Assembly: GCA_016928775.1 (NCBI GenBank)
Contig: JAFGKD010000094.1
Coordinates: 9,504 to 73,503, forward strand
Direction of reading: 5' to 3'
Length of the DNA stretch: 64,000 nt
Source of the DNA: Candidatus Zhuqueibacterota bacterium
GTDB lineage: Bacteria > Zhuqueibacterota > Zhuqueibacteria > Residuimicrobiales > Krinioviventaceae
Shown here: in pieces, positions 56,317 to 64,000 of the stretch
Layout of the letters: each line of letters begins with the position of its first letter
Position numbering within the stretch: the first letter of the stretch is position 1
Position numbers and translations under genes: made by a program
The notes under the pieces: model-generated
The model's input: the letters and a program-made list of their open reading frames with translations, nothing else
Told to the model about the DNA's origin: nothing
Databases searched by the model: none

Positions 56317-59300
56317 CTATTCTTCACTGAGCAATCGTTGCAATTCCTCTTCAGACAGATTTTCAACTTCCGACAGCATTGAGGCCAGCTCCTGTTCATC
56401 AACCTGAGCAGCTTGTTCTTCGGCGATGGCGCGCGCAATACCTTCGGCTGTGGGATTTTCAAATAAAACGCGCAAAGGCAGCTCAACCTGATATTCTTCC
56501 CGTAATTGCGACACAATTTGTGTTCCCAACATGGAATGCCCCCCCAGCTCAAAAAAATTGTCCAGCACACCGACGTGCTCGACTTTGAGCACCTCAGCTA
56601 AAATCTCGGTCAAACGTTTTTCAGTCGCCGTGCGCGGTGCGATATATTCTGTCTCGACATGTGGTCGCAGTTGATCAGGTTCTGGCAAAGCGCGGCGGTT
56701 TATTTTGCCGGCAGGAGTCATCGGCATTCTTTCAAGCTGCATAAAAGCGCCTGGAATCATATAGTCCGGCAATCTCGTTTGTAAAAAGTCGCGCAGATTA
56801 GTCACCGACGGCTCGTTTTCACCAACAAATTCATAATACGCCACAAGCACCTTTTCTGCAGAACCGCTCTGGCGAGAAATCACAATGCCGTTTTTCATCC
56901 CAGGGTATTGATTCAGCATCGCTTCAATTTCACCCAATTCAATACGATAGCCGCGGATTTTCACCTGTTGATCGACACGGCCTAGAAACTCAATATGTCC
57001 GCGATTGTTATAGCGTACCAGATCACCGGTTCGATACAACCGCTCACCTGCGCCATAAAATGGATTGGGGACAAAACGCTCGGCTGTCAAATCCGGCCGG
57101 TTCAAGTAACCGCGCGCCAGCGTGTACCCGCCAATATAGAGCTCGCCGGGAAGACCGATTGGAACGGGAAAACCATGCGCGTCCAAAATATAAACCGCTC
57201 GTTGCAAAAGCGCTTGACCAATCGGGATGCTACCTTCATCCACTTCCTCGCGCCACTGTACAGGAATATCAAAAGCTGTAGCCGTGATCGTTGTTTCTGT
57301 TGGCCCATAGGCGTTAATGAGCCTCGCCTGTCGCAAGGGCGACTGCTGCCACGGCGTGAGGGAATCTGTGGACATGAGATCGCCGCCAATAATCACGAGC
57401 CGAACTGACGACTCTTTCAAGCCATCCTCAGCCCAGATTTTAACACACTGGTTCCAATACGCCGTCGGCAGATTGATCACAGTCAACTGCTGGTCACGGA
57501 TAAAACGAATCAATTCTTCCGGTGACCATACTGTATTATCCCGCATGAACAGCGAAGCGCCCGTCAACAGGGTTGGGAAAATTTGCTCGAGAGCAGCGTC
57601 AAAATTTGTCGAGGCAAATTGCAAAATCCTGTCCTGCGGCGTCAGTTGATAGAATTGCTGCATGCCCAAACAGTGCTGCACAAATGCCGCATGTGTGATG
57701 AGCACGCCTTTGGGAGCGCCGGTTGATCCGGAGGTGTAAATAATGTACGCGCTTTGTTGCGGATGGATCGTTGGGCTGATATTTTGTGCATCCGAATCTG
57801 AATTTGGCTCAAGATGTTCATCCACAAACAAAATCGATAACGAATCCGTTTTGATTAACGTGGCAATTTTACTGTGCGATATCACAACCGAAACTTTTGA
57901 ATCCGCCAGCATGTACTCAATTCGATCCGGCGGATAATCGGGATCGAGTGGCAGGAACGCGGCGCCGGCTTTCAGGATTGCCAGCATGCAAACGAGAAGG
58001 TCAATCGAACGCTCCAAATAGATGCCGACAATAGAATCAGGCTGGACACCCCGCTCGAGCAGTTGACGCGCTAATTGGTTGGCGCGCGCGTTGAAAGCGG
58101 CGTAAGAAAGAGTTTCCGAGCCGCAGGAAATGGTCGCATCGGGCGTCCTTACGACTTGGTGCTCGAGATAATAACATATAGAATGCTCAAAGTGCAGCGG
58201 CTGTCGCGCTGATTCATTTTTTGCGCTTAATAATACCGCTTTTTCATGTGCTGTTAAATATTGAATATCCGAGATCGGCTGATCGGCATGATCACCGATC
58301 TCTTTGAATAATGTTTTGATGTGCCCGATCATCCGTTCGATGGTCGCGCTATCGAACAGGTCCGTATTATAAACGATCTGACCATCGAGTCCGCCGTTTT
58401 TCGGCTCGAGCACAAATGTCAAATCAAATTTTGCCGTCGGTGTATGAAGCTGCAGGGGTTCAATAGTGACATTGGGCAAAACAAGCTGTTGTGCCGGTGC
58501 ATTCTGCATGACAAACATGGTTTGAAAGTAAGGTGGTCGACTCATGTCGCGTTCGGGTTTGAGCTCTTCCACAATCATTTCAAACGGGATGTCCTGATGC
58601 GCAAAAGCACCCAGGGCTGTTTCCTTGACCCGCTTTACCAGATCGATAAACGATGGATTACCCGACAAGCTCGTGCGCATAACCAACGTATTGACAAAGA
58701 CACCAAGCAGCGATTCAAGCTCGGAACGGTTTCGATTGGCGATCGGGGTGCCAATCGAAATATCGTCCTGCCCCGAATAGCGACGCAGTAAAAGCGCCAG
58801 CGCCCCCAGCAAGGTCATAAACAGCGTGACATCATATTTTTTGCTCAAACTCTCGAGGTTTTTTGTGATATCCTGCCTAATAGTGAAATAAAAAACATCT
58901 CCATTATGCGTTTGGATTTTCGGTCGCGGATGATCAATCGGCACATTGAGCGCTGTATCGCCGCCTGCTAACTTTTCGTGCCAAAAGCCCAATTGCTGCT
59001 GCAATACCTCACCCTGCAAATAGTCGCGTTGCCAGCACGCATAATCGACATATTGAATGGGCAAATCCGGTAAAACGACCGAAGTGCCGGAAGTATAGCT
59101 TTGATATAACGCCGCAAATTCTTTGATAAAAACAGTCAGCGTCCAGGCATCCGAAATAATATGATGCATGGTCACTAAAAAGACATAGTCATTGGTGTCC
59201 ATTTTGATCAGCAGCGCACGCATCATCGGGCCGGTTTGCAGATTGAACGGTGCTTGAGAAATCTGAACGGATTCCTGGTGCAGGCGTTTTTGCCGCTCGT

Positions 59301-59700
59301 CGAGCGGCAGACTCGACACATCCAGTTGCTCTAATTGAATAGCGCTTTCGGCCTGCAGTCGTTGCACCGGCACACCATTTTTGCTCTCGAAAACAGTGCG
59401 TAGCACCTCGTGCCGCTGCCCCAGGCTTGTCAAGACATGCTCAATCGCAGCAATATTGATGATGCCCTTGATGGATACGGCAGCGGGATTGTTATACATG
59501 GGATTCCCCGGTTCCAGTTGGTCGAGGAACCACATCCGCTGTTGGGCATAGGAGAGCGGAAAGTGTTCTCGCTCGCGGCTCTGCGGCAAAATGCGAGTTT
59601 TCTTTAAATCAACATTTTGCTCGGCTAGTATTTTTTCCAAAAGCTTTCTCTTTTCCGGAGAGAGCTTGCTGATGTCTCTGAAAATATCGTTCATAGGCAA
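56317..59700 (-). CDS. NRPS A (1127 aa): C-A-T single module with N- and C-terminal docking peptides; first amino-acid module after the PKS
   Basis: Docking head FRDISKLSPEKRKLLEKIL. C domain: LSYAQQRMWFLDQLEPGNPMYN with MHHIISDAW (a D-A variant of HHxxxDG). A3 SAYIIYTSGSTGAPKG lies near 57745, A4 is ASTNFDAALEQIF, and A5 is NAYGPTETT. The T domain is FFELGGHSMLGTQ. The acidic tail is ASMLSEVENLSEEELQRLLSEE. Confidence 0.9.
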   Translation of the reverse strand: MPMNDIFRDISKLSPEKRKLLEKILAEQNVDLKKTRILPQSREREHFPLSYAQQRMWFLDQLEPGNPMYNNPAAVSIKGIINIAAIEHVLTSLGQRHEVLRTVFESKNGVPVQRLQAESAIQLEQLDVSSLPLDERQKRLHQESVQISQAPFNLQTGPMMRALLIKMDTNDYVFLVTMHHIISDAWTLTVFIKEFAALYQSYTSGTSVVLPDLPIQYVDYACWQRDYLQGEVLQQQLGFWHEKLAGGDTALNVPIDHPRPKIQTHNGDVFYFTIRQDITKNLESLSKKYDVTLFMTLLGALALLLRRYSGQDDISIGTPIANRNRSELESLLGVFVNTLVMRTSLSGNPSFIDLVKRVKETALGAFAHQDIPFEMIVEELKPERDMSRPPYFQTMFVMQNAPAQQLVLPNVTIEPLQLHTPTAKFDLTFVLEPKNGGLDGQIVYNTDLFDSATIERMIGHIKTLFKEIGDHADQPISDIQYLTAHEKAVLLSAKNESARQPLHFEHSICYYLEHQVVRTPDATISCGSETLSYAAFNARANQLARQLLERGVQPDSIVGIYLERSIDLLVCMLAILKAGAAFLPLDPDYPPDRIEYMLADSKVSVVISHSKIATLIKTDSLSILFVDEHLEPNSDSDAQNISPTIHPQQSAYIIYTSGSTGAPKGVLITHAAFVQHCLGMQQFYQLTPQDRILQFASTNFDAALEQIFPTLLTGASLFMRDNTVWSPEELIRFIRDQQLTVINLPTAYWNQCVKIWAEDGLKESSVRLVIIGGDLMSTDSLTPWQQSPLRQARLINAYGPTETTITATAFDIPVQWREEVDEGSIPIGQALLQRAVYILDAHGFPVPIGLPGELYIGGYTLARGYLNRPDLTAERFVPNPFYGAGERLYRTGDLVRYNNRGHIEFLGRVDQQVKIRGYRIELGEIEAMLNQYPGMKNGIVISRQSGSAEKVLVAYYEFVGENEPSVTNLRDFLQTRLPDYMIPGAFMQLERMPMTPAGKINRRALPEPDQLRPHVETEYIAPRTATEKRLTEILAEVLKVEHVGVLDNFFELGGHSMLGTQIVSQLREEYQVELPLRVLFENPTAEGIARAIAEEQAAQVDEQELASMLSEVENLSEEELQRLLSEE

Positions 59701-59714
59701 TTGTTGTATCAGAA

Positions 59715-62700
59715 TTATTTACTCTGCTGCGCAAGCAAAGCCTGCACTTGTTCATCGGAAAGACTATCCACCATTTTGAGCGCTTGAGCGATTTTTTCAG
59801 CTTCGTCATCCTGTTCTGTTTTTACCTTTTGCACAAGTTCACTAATTGTTGCGATGGTTGGTGACTCGAACAAATCGCGCAGTGGCAGCTCAACGCGGTA
59901 GGTATCGCGCATGCGGGAGACCAATTGCGTCGCTAACAAGGAGTGACCGCCGAGATCGAAAAAATCATCGTAAATACCGATGCCATCGATACCTAATAAT
60001 TCACCCCAGATATCCGCCATATGTTTTTCCAGCTCATTGCGCGGCTCGACAAAAGGCGTCGTCATATTGGGACGGGGTTGACGTGTCCCTGACGTTTGCA
60101 TGCTCTGGTCAGCGCTTTCGGATTCAAATCGTACCCATATTTTAATCCGTTGCGATAAATCACCCGTCGAGACCACGATTTGCGGCAATCCCATGTTTTG
60201 TAAAATGATATCAAATGCTCGCACGCCTTCGCTCGCGCTCATGACGAATTCTTCAATATCCATTCTGCTCGCTGTCTCGCCAAAAGACCAGCCATCCCAA
60301 TTGACACTCGTCCAGATTGTGTTGCCCTTTTTGTTCTGAATGGCTGCCAAAGCATCAAGATAGGCATTGGCCGCAGCATAGGCATACATACCAAGACCGC
60401 CGAGAATGGTGGAGAGTGAGGACTGGAAAATAACAAAGTCGAGGCCATCTTCTTTCGACAGTATTGATGCGAGCACCCGGCTACCGTAGATTTTTGAAGT
60501 AAACTGGTTTTCGCTGGTATCCACGTCCGTATCCTGGATCGTCACGGTCGCGCGTTCCCCAACCAGTCCGGCGGCATGAATGATACCGTTCAGGCCACCA
60601 AAATGCTCGCGTGTCCAATTGAGGATATTGAGCATCTGATTTTGATCAGAGATATTGGCATGCAGCACCAACACTTCGGCGCCTTTTTCCTCATATTCCT
60701 GAATGAGCTTTATTTTGCCAGCAATCCGGGAATCATCTTTTTTGATGATCTCACTCCATTCATCCCGCTCCGGCAGGGCGATCTGATCGACAAGCACAAG
60801 TTTTGCCTGATAATTTTCCGCCAGATGGCCGGCCAGGGTGAGGCCAATATTGCCGAGTCCTCCGGTGATCAGATAAATTCCCTCCTGGCGCAGGAGACTT
60901 GCAACATCTGTAGAGGATTCAGCAGCAAACGGCTCAAATCGTTGCACCCATCGTAGCTTGTTTCGGTAAGCGATCACTGTATCGGTTGATCGCGCTTCAA
61001 ACTCCTGCAACAAGACATCGAGGTTATACTCATCTGTATCTATCATATGACAACGCATGTTGGAGTATTCTTGCGGCACAATCTTGCATGCGCCAAGAAA
61101 AGCCGCGTTGTCAGGATTGAGCGCTTCTGCACCGGTGATGTCAAAGGCCTCTCGCGTGCCAATATTCATATGGATGGGATTGGTGATGCCGTGCCGCGCC
61201 AGATTTTTCACCAACCAGAGCAGCGAATAATAACCCTTTTGCAAAGAATTTCTGACATCTCGGCTCGACATCGTCCAGGCGTGCACGATTCGATCGGGGA
61301 TGTAATTTTCAGCCACCAAATGGTCGACCAGCTTTTCGTAATGCTCCTGTTGCTCCGGGCGGACGATCATTTTGTGTTCATCAACATAAAAATCCGAACC
61401 TGTTTGTATGATCTTGTAGTGGTGTTTTGCACTCGTGAGTCGATTAATGAGATTTTCATCAATATCCTGGTCAATGAAAAACAGGTATTTCAAGTTTTCA
61501 TGACTTTCATCAGAAGACCGAAAGAGCGCCCGTTTCCAGGTCGGGGTATAAAACCAATCAATAATATTTTTGCTTTTGCCTTTCGAACGTCTTGCTGCAC
61601 CCGATGCCGGCAAGTGAACATTCAACCAATAGCGTTGCCTTTCGAACGGATAGGTCGGCAACGGAATGCGGTGACGGACCTCGTAGGTATCAAATCCCTC
61701 CCAATTCACATCGCCACCCACCAGCCAGATTCGCGCTAATGTATTCAAAAGAAAAGCCTGATCATGAGCTTGGTCTTTCGGATGGCGAATGGACGACAAG
61801 ATCACTTGATCTGCTGACGCTGAGTCGTGAAGGCGCGTGAGCGTATTGAGCGTTTTTCCGGGACCGACTTCAAGATAAATATAATCAAAGCCGCCCAGCA
61901 GTTCACCAATGCCTTGATGAAATTTGACCGGCGAACGGAGATGTTCGGCATAATATCGCGGATCAGTCGCTTCATCAGCGGTAATCCATGTACCTGTCAC
62001 ATTTGAAATATACGGAATTTCCGGGGGATTAAAATGGACGTGTGCACAACGTTGTTGAAATGTCTCGATGATTGGCTCCATCATATAGCTATGAAAAGCG
62101 TGCGAGGTGTGCAGTCGGGTAAATTCAACCTGGTCTTTTTCAAGACTTTTTACGAGCTCATTTACCGCTTCAAAGGTCCCACTCAAGACCGTTAGATGTG
62201 CAGCATTCAAGGCCGAAATATTCAGATCCTTGTTTAAATATTTCCCCAGGTCCTGGACGCCCAGATTCACGCTCAACATGGCGCCACCCGGCATTCGCTG
62301 CATTAAATCACCGCGCAAAGCGACGAGCATCAAAGCGTCTTCCAGACTCAGCACGCCGGCCAGACAGGCAGCCACGTATTCGCCAATACTATGACCGATC
62401 ATGGCTTGCGGTTCCACACCCCATTCTTTCAAAAGCATGGCCATCGCATATTCTATAACAAACAAGGCAGGCTGGGTAAAACGGGTTTGTGCGAGTTGTT
62501 CTTGAGCTAACTGCTTCTCTCCTTCGTTCGGATAAATCACCGTACGCAAATCAACTCCGAGAGTGGAATCCAGCAGGTCACAGCAGGTATTGATACTCTC
62601 TCGAAAAGTCGGTTCATTCTCATAAAGATCGCGACCCATATTGACGTATTGAGCGCCCTGGCCACTGAACATAAACACGATTGACTTTTCCTCGATATCT

Positions 62701-64000
62701 TCCGGATGGCTGTAGACCAAAACGCGCTCCGGATCAACCGAACCCAAAACAGCAATTGCATCCTGGCGCGATTGACAAACAACCGCCATACGGTGGGGAA
62801 AACTTTTGCGGCCCAATTGCAGGGTAAACGCCACATCGGCCAGATTCACTTCAGGATTGTTTTCCAGAAAGACGACAAAATTTTCTCTGGCTTTCGACAG
62901 AGCCTGCTGTGATCTGGCGGACAGCAGCAGCAGTTGATGTTGGCGCGACTGCGTTGTTTTCACACGCTCGGGAGCGTCCTCCAATATCAGATGAACATTG
63001 GTGCCGCCTATGCCGAACGAGCTTACTCCGGCGAAACGCGGTGTACCCTCTGGGTGCCAATCGCGCAATTCGCTATTGACAAAAAAAGGTGAACTCTCAA
63101 GCTCCAATTTGGGATTGGGCGCAGTGAAATTGATGTTAGGTGGAATTTTTTTATGTTTTATCGCCAAAGCTGTTTTGATCAGGCTGGTGACACCGGCCGC
63201 AGCGTCGAGATGACCAACATTCGGTTTGACCGAGCCAATCGCGCAATATTGGGTCCGTTCCGTTCTCTCGCGAAACACTTTGGTGAGCGCGGTAATTTCA
63301 ATAGGATCACCCAGATTTGTTCCTGTTCCGTGCGTTTCTATATAGGTAATATCATCCGGCTCCACGCCTGAGACCAGTTGCGCTTCAGCAACAACATGCG
63401 CCTGGCCATCCACACTCGGCGCCGTATAGCCGACCTTGAGCGCGCCGTCATTATTGCACGCTGCGCCTTTGATGACCGCATAAATATTGTCATTGTCGGC
63501 CAGTGCATCTTCCAGGCGTTTGAGCAGCACCACACCGCAACCATTACCGGGCATGGTACCATTGGCATCAGCATCAAAGGCACGACAATGCCCATCAGGT
63601 GACAATATCATGCCTTCCTGATACAGGAATCCCGATTTTTGTGGAAATGTGATTGTACAGCCGCCGGCCAATGCCATGTCGGACTGATAGTTCACCAAAC
63701 TCTGGCATGCCAAAAAAACTGCGGTCAGGGAAGTCGAGCAGGCAGTTTGCACATCCAGACTGGGACCGCGCAGATTCAGCTTGTAGGAAACTTTGGTCGT
63801 TAAAAAGTCTTTTTCATTGCCGATGGAAATTTGGTAACCTTCCGCTGTGTCTATTTTACCTTCCGTGGCTGCGAGAAAAGGGATGATATAGGTGTTCATT
63901 CCGGCACCGGCAAATGTACCGATGAGACCGGGGAAACTATCCGGACAATAGCCGGCATTTTCCAAAGCTTCCCAGGCACATTCCAAAAACAAACGATGCT
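59715..64000 (-). CDS. Type I PKS module KS-AT-KR-carrier protein; N-terminus (start of KS and anything upstream) lies outside the window
   Basis: The frame stays open to the window edge. The ORF-track M is a TTG inside the conserved KS motif ASLFLECAWEALENAGY. KS: TACSTSL (Cys at about 63738..63740), HGTGTNLGDP, NVGHLDAAAG, GGTNVHLILED. AT: GQGAQY, GHSIGE (Ser about 62391..62393), HAFHS (malonyl-type). KR: LITGGLGNIGLTLAGHLA (about 60843..60866) and a K...S...YAYAAANAYLD catalytic set. Carrier: FFDLGGHSLLATQ. C-terminal docking tail: ALKMVDSLSDEQVQALLAQQSK. Confidence 0.9.
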   Translation of the reverse strand, partial: HRLFLECAWEALENAGYCPDSFPGLIGTFAGAGMNTYIIPFLAATEGKIDTAEGYQISIGNEKDFLTTKVSYKLNLRGPSLDVQTACSTSLTAVFLACQSLVNYQSDMALAGGCTITFPQKSGFLYQEGMILSPDGHCRAFDADANGTMPGNGCGVVLLKRLEDALADNDNIYAVIKGAACNNDGALKVGYTAPSVDGQAHVVAEAQLVSGVEPDDITYIETHGTGTNLGDPIEITALTKVFRERTERTQYCAIGSVKPNVGHLDAAAGVTSLIKTALAIKHKKIPPNINFTAPNPKLELESSPFFVNSELRDWHPEGTPRFAGVSSFGIGGTNVHLILEDAPERVKTTQSRQHQLLLLSARSQQALSKARENFVVFLENNPEVNLADVAFTLQLGRKSFPHRMAVVCQSRQDAIAVLGSVDPERVLVYSHPEDIEEKSIVFMFSGQGAQYVNMGRDLYENEPTFRESINTCCDLLDSTLGVDLRTVIYPNEGEKQLAQEQLAQTRFTQPALFVIEYAMAMLLKEWGVEPQAMIGHSIGEYVAACLAGVLSLEDALMLVALRGDLMQRMPGGAMLSVNLGVQDLGKYLNKDLNISALNAAHLTVLSGTFEAVNELVKSLEKDQVEFTRLHTSHAFHSYMMEPIIETFQQRCAHVHFNPPEIPYISNVTGTWITADEATDPRYYAEHLRSPVKFHQGIGELLGGFDYIYLEVGPGKTLNTLTRLHDSASADQVILSSIRHPKDQAHDQAFLLNTLARIWLVGGDVNWEGFDTYEVRHRIPLPTYPFERQRYWLNVHLPASGAARRSKGKSKNIIDWFYTPTWKRALFRSSDESHENLKYLFFIDQDIDENLINRLTSAKHHYKIIQTGSDFYVDEHKMIVRPEQQEHYEKLVDHLVAENYIPDRIVHAWTMSSRDVRNSLQKGYYSLLWLVKNLARHGITNPIHMNIGTREAFDITGAEALNPDNAAFLGACKIVPQEYSNMRCHMIDTDEYNLDVLLQEFEARSTDTVIAYRNKLRWVQRFEPFAAESSTDVASLLRQEGIYLITGGLGNIGLTLAGHLAENYQAKLVLVDQIALPERDEWSEIIKKDDSRIAGKIKLIQEYEEKGAEVLVLHANISDQNQMLNILNWTREHFGGLNGIIHAAGLVGERATVTIQDTDVDTSENQFTSKIYGSRVLASILSKEDGLDFVIFQSSLSTILGGLGMYAYAAANAYLDALAAIQNKKGNTIWTSVNWDGWSFGETASRMDIEEFVMSASEGVRAFDIILQNMGLPQIVVSTGDLSQRIKIWVRFESESADQSMQTSGTRQPRPNMTTPFVEPRNELEKHMADIWGELLGIDGIGIYDDFFDLGGHSLLATQLVSRMRDTYRVELPLRDLFESPTIATISELVQKVKTEQDDEAEKIAQALKMVDSLSDEQVQALLAQQSK
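59838..60050 (-). other. Carrier protein domain of the PKS module (PCP-like GGHSL phosphopantetheine site)
   Basis: EKHMADIWGELLGIDGIGIYDDFFDLGGHSLLATQLVSRMRDTY. Confidence 0.75.
60123..61565 (-). other. Ketoreductase domain (structural plus catalytic subdomains); no LDD motif seen
   Basis: Rossmann motif TGGLGNIG and catalytic Lys (FTSKIYG), Ser (FQSSLS) and Tyr (YAYAAANAY). The region before the catalytic subdomain reads HAAGLVGERAT and lacks an LDD triad. Confidence 0.7.
61713..62690 (-). other. Acyltransferase domain, malonyl-CoA-type (HAFH)
   Basis: GHSIGEYVAACLAG and HAFHSYMMEP; aa about 435-760. Confidence 0.75.
62973..64000 (-). other. Ketosynthase domain (partial)
   Basis: Motifs as listed for the PKS CDS; aa 1 to about 340 of the in-window translation. 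Confidence 0.8.

Noticed and set aside
56317-59700. C domain of NRPS A has HHIISDAW (Asp-Ala) instead of the canonical HHxxxDG; considered whether it is inactive
   Set aside because: The second His and the Asp are present, and the rest of the domain is intact. Gly-to-Ala at that position occurs in functional C domains. I retain it only as a note on a possibly specialised acyl-accepting C domain.
59715-64000. ORF-track start codon (M at 63992) of the PKS
   Set aside because: The codon is TTG inside the conserved KS motif (ASLFLECAWEALENAGY). The frame is open to the window edge, and roughly 90 residues of the KS N-terminus are missing. The gene is truncated by the window, and this is not a real start.
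1-64000. Looked for CRISPR arrays, IS or transposase genes, integrases, rRNA/tRNA genes and phage modules
   Set aside because: No direct-repeat/spacer periodicity. No transposase- or integrase-like translation in any frame of the small non-coding fraction. Coding density is about 97% and fully accounted for by the genes listed.

Overview
The window is almost entirely coding, and every supported gene is on the minus strand. Positions 7829..64000 hold one contiguous, tightly spaced hybrid PKS-NRPS operon of at least 56 kb. It runs off the right edge of the window. Read in the direction of transcription it contains: (1) a partial PKS module KS-AT(malonyl, HAFH)-KR-carrier at 59715..64000; (2) six NRPS proteins with 13 C-A-T modules, here called A (C-A-T), B (C-A-T-ST-C-A-T-E), C (DCL-A-T-C-A-T), D (C-A-T-C-A-T-E), E (DCL-A-T-C-A-T) and F (C-A-T x4 -E); (3) a stand-alone sulfotransferase, an MFS exporter, an MbtH-like protein, a type II thioesterase and an Sfp-type PPTase. 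The most unusual element is a roughly 340-aa PAPS-type sulfotransferase domain sitting inside NRPS protein B, between the module-1 thiolation domain and the next condensation domain. Spacing between adenylation core motifs shows it is the only extra domain in the whole assembly line. The cluster has no TE or reductase release domain. Protein F ends in an epimerization domain with no D-peptidyl-accepting C domain after it. The chain-terminating module, and the loading module at the other end, must therefore lie outside the window. The left 7.2 kb encodes three secreted proteins (FG-GAP/ASPIC, Kelch beta-propeller, giant PPC-repeat protein). At least two carry type-A T9SS C-terminal sorting domains of the NYPNPFNP(T/K)TTI type. 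This places the host in the FCB superphylum, probably outside the classical Bacteroidia (inference). No rRNA, tRNA, CRISPR or mobile element was seen. Amino-acid specificities, stereochemistry and database novelty cannot be established without tools. The exact searches needed are named in each finding.
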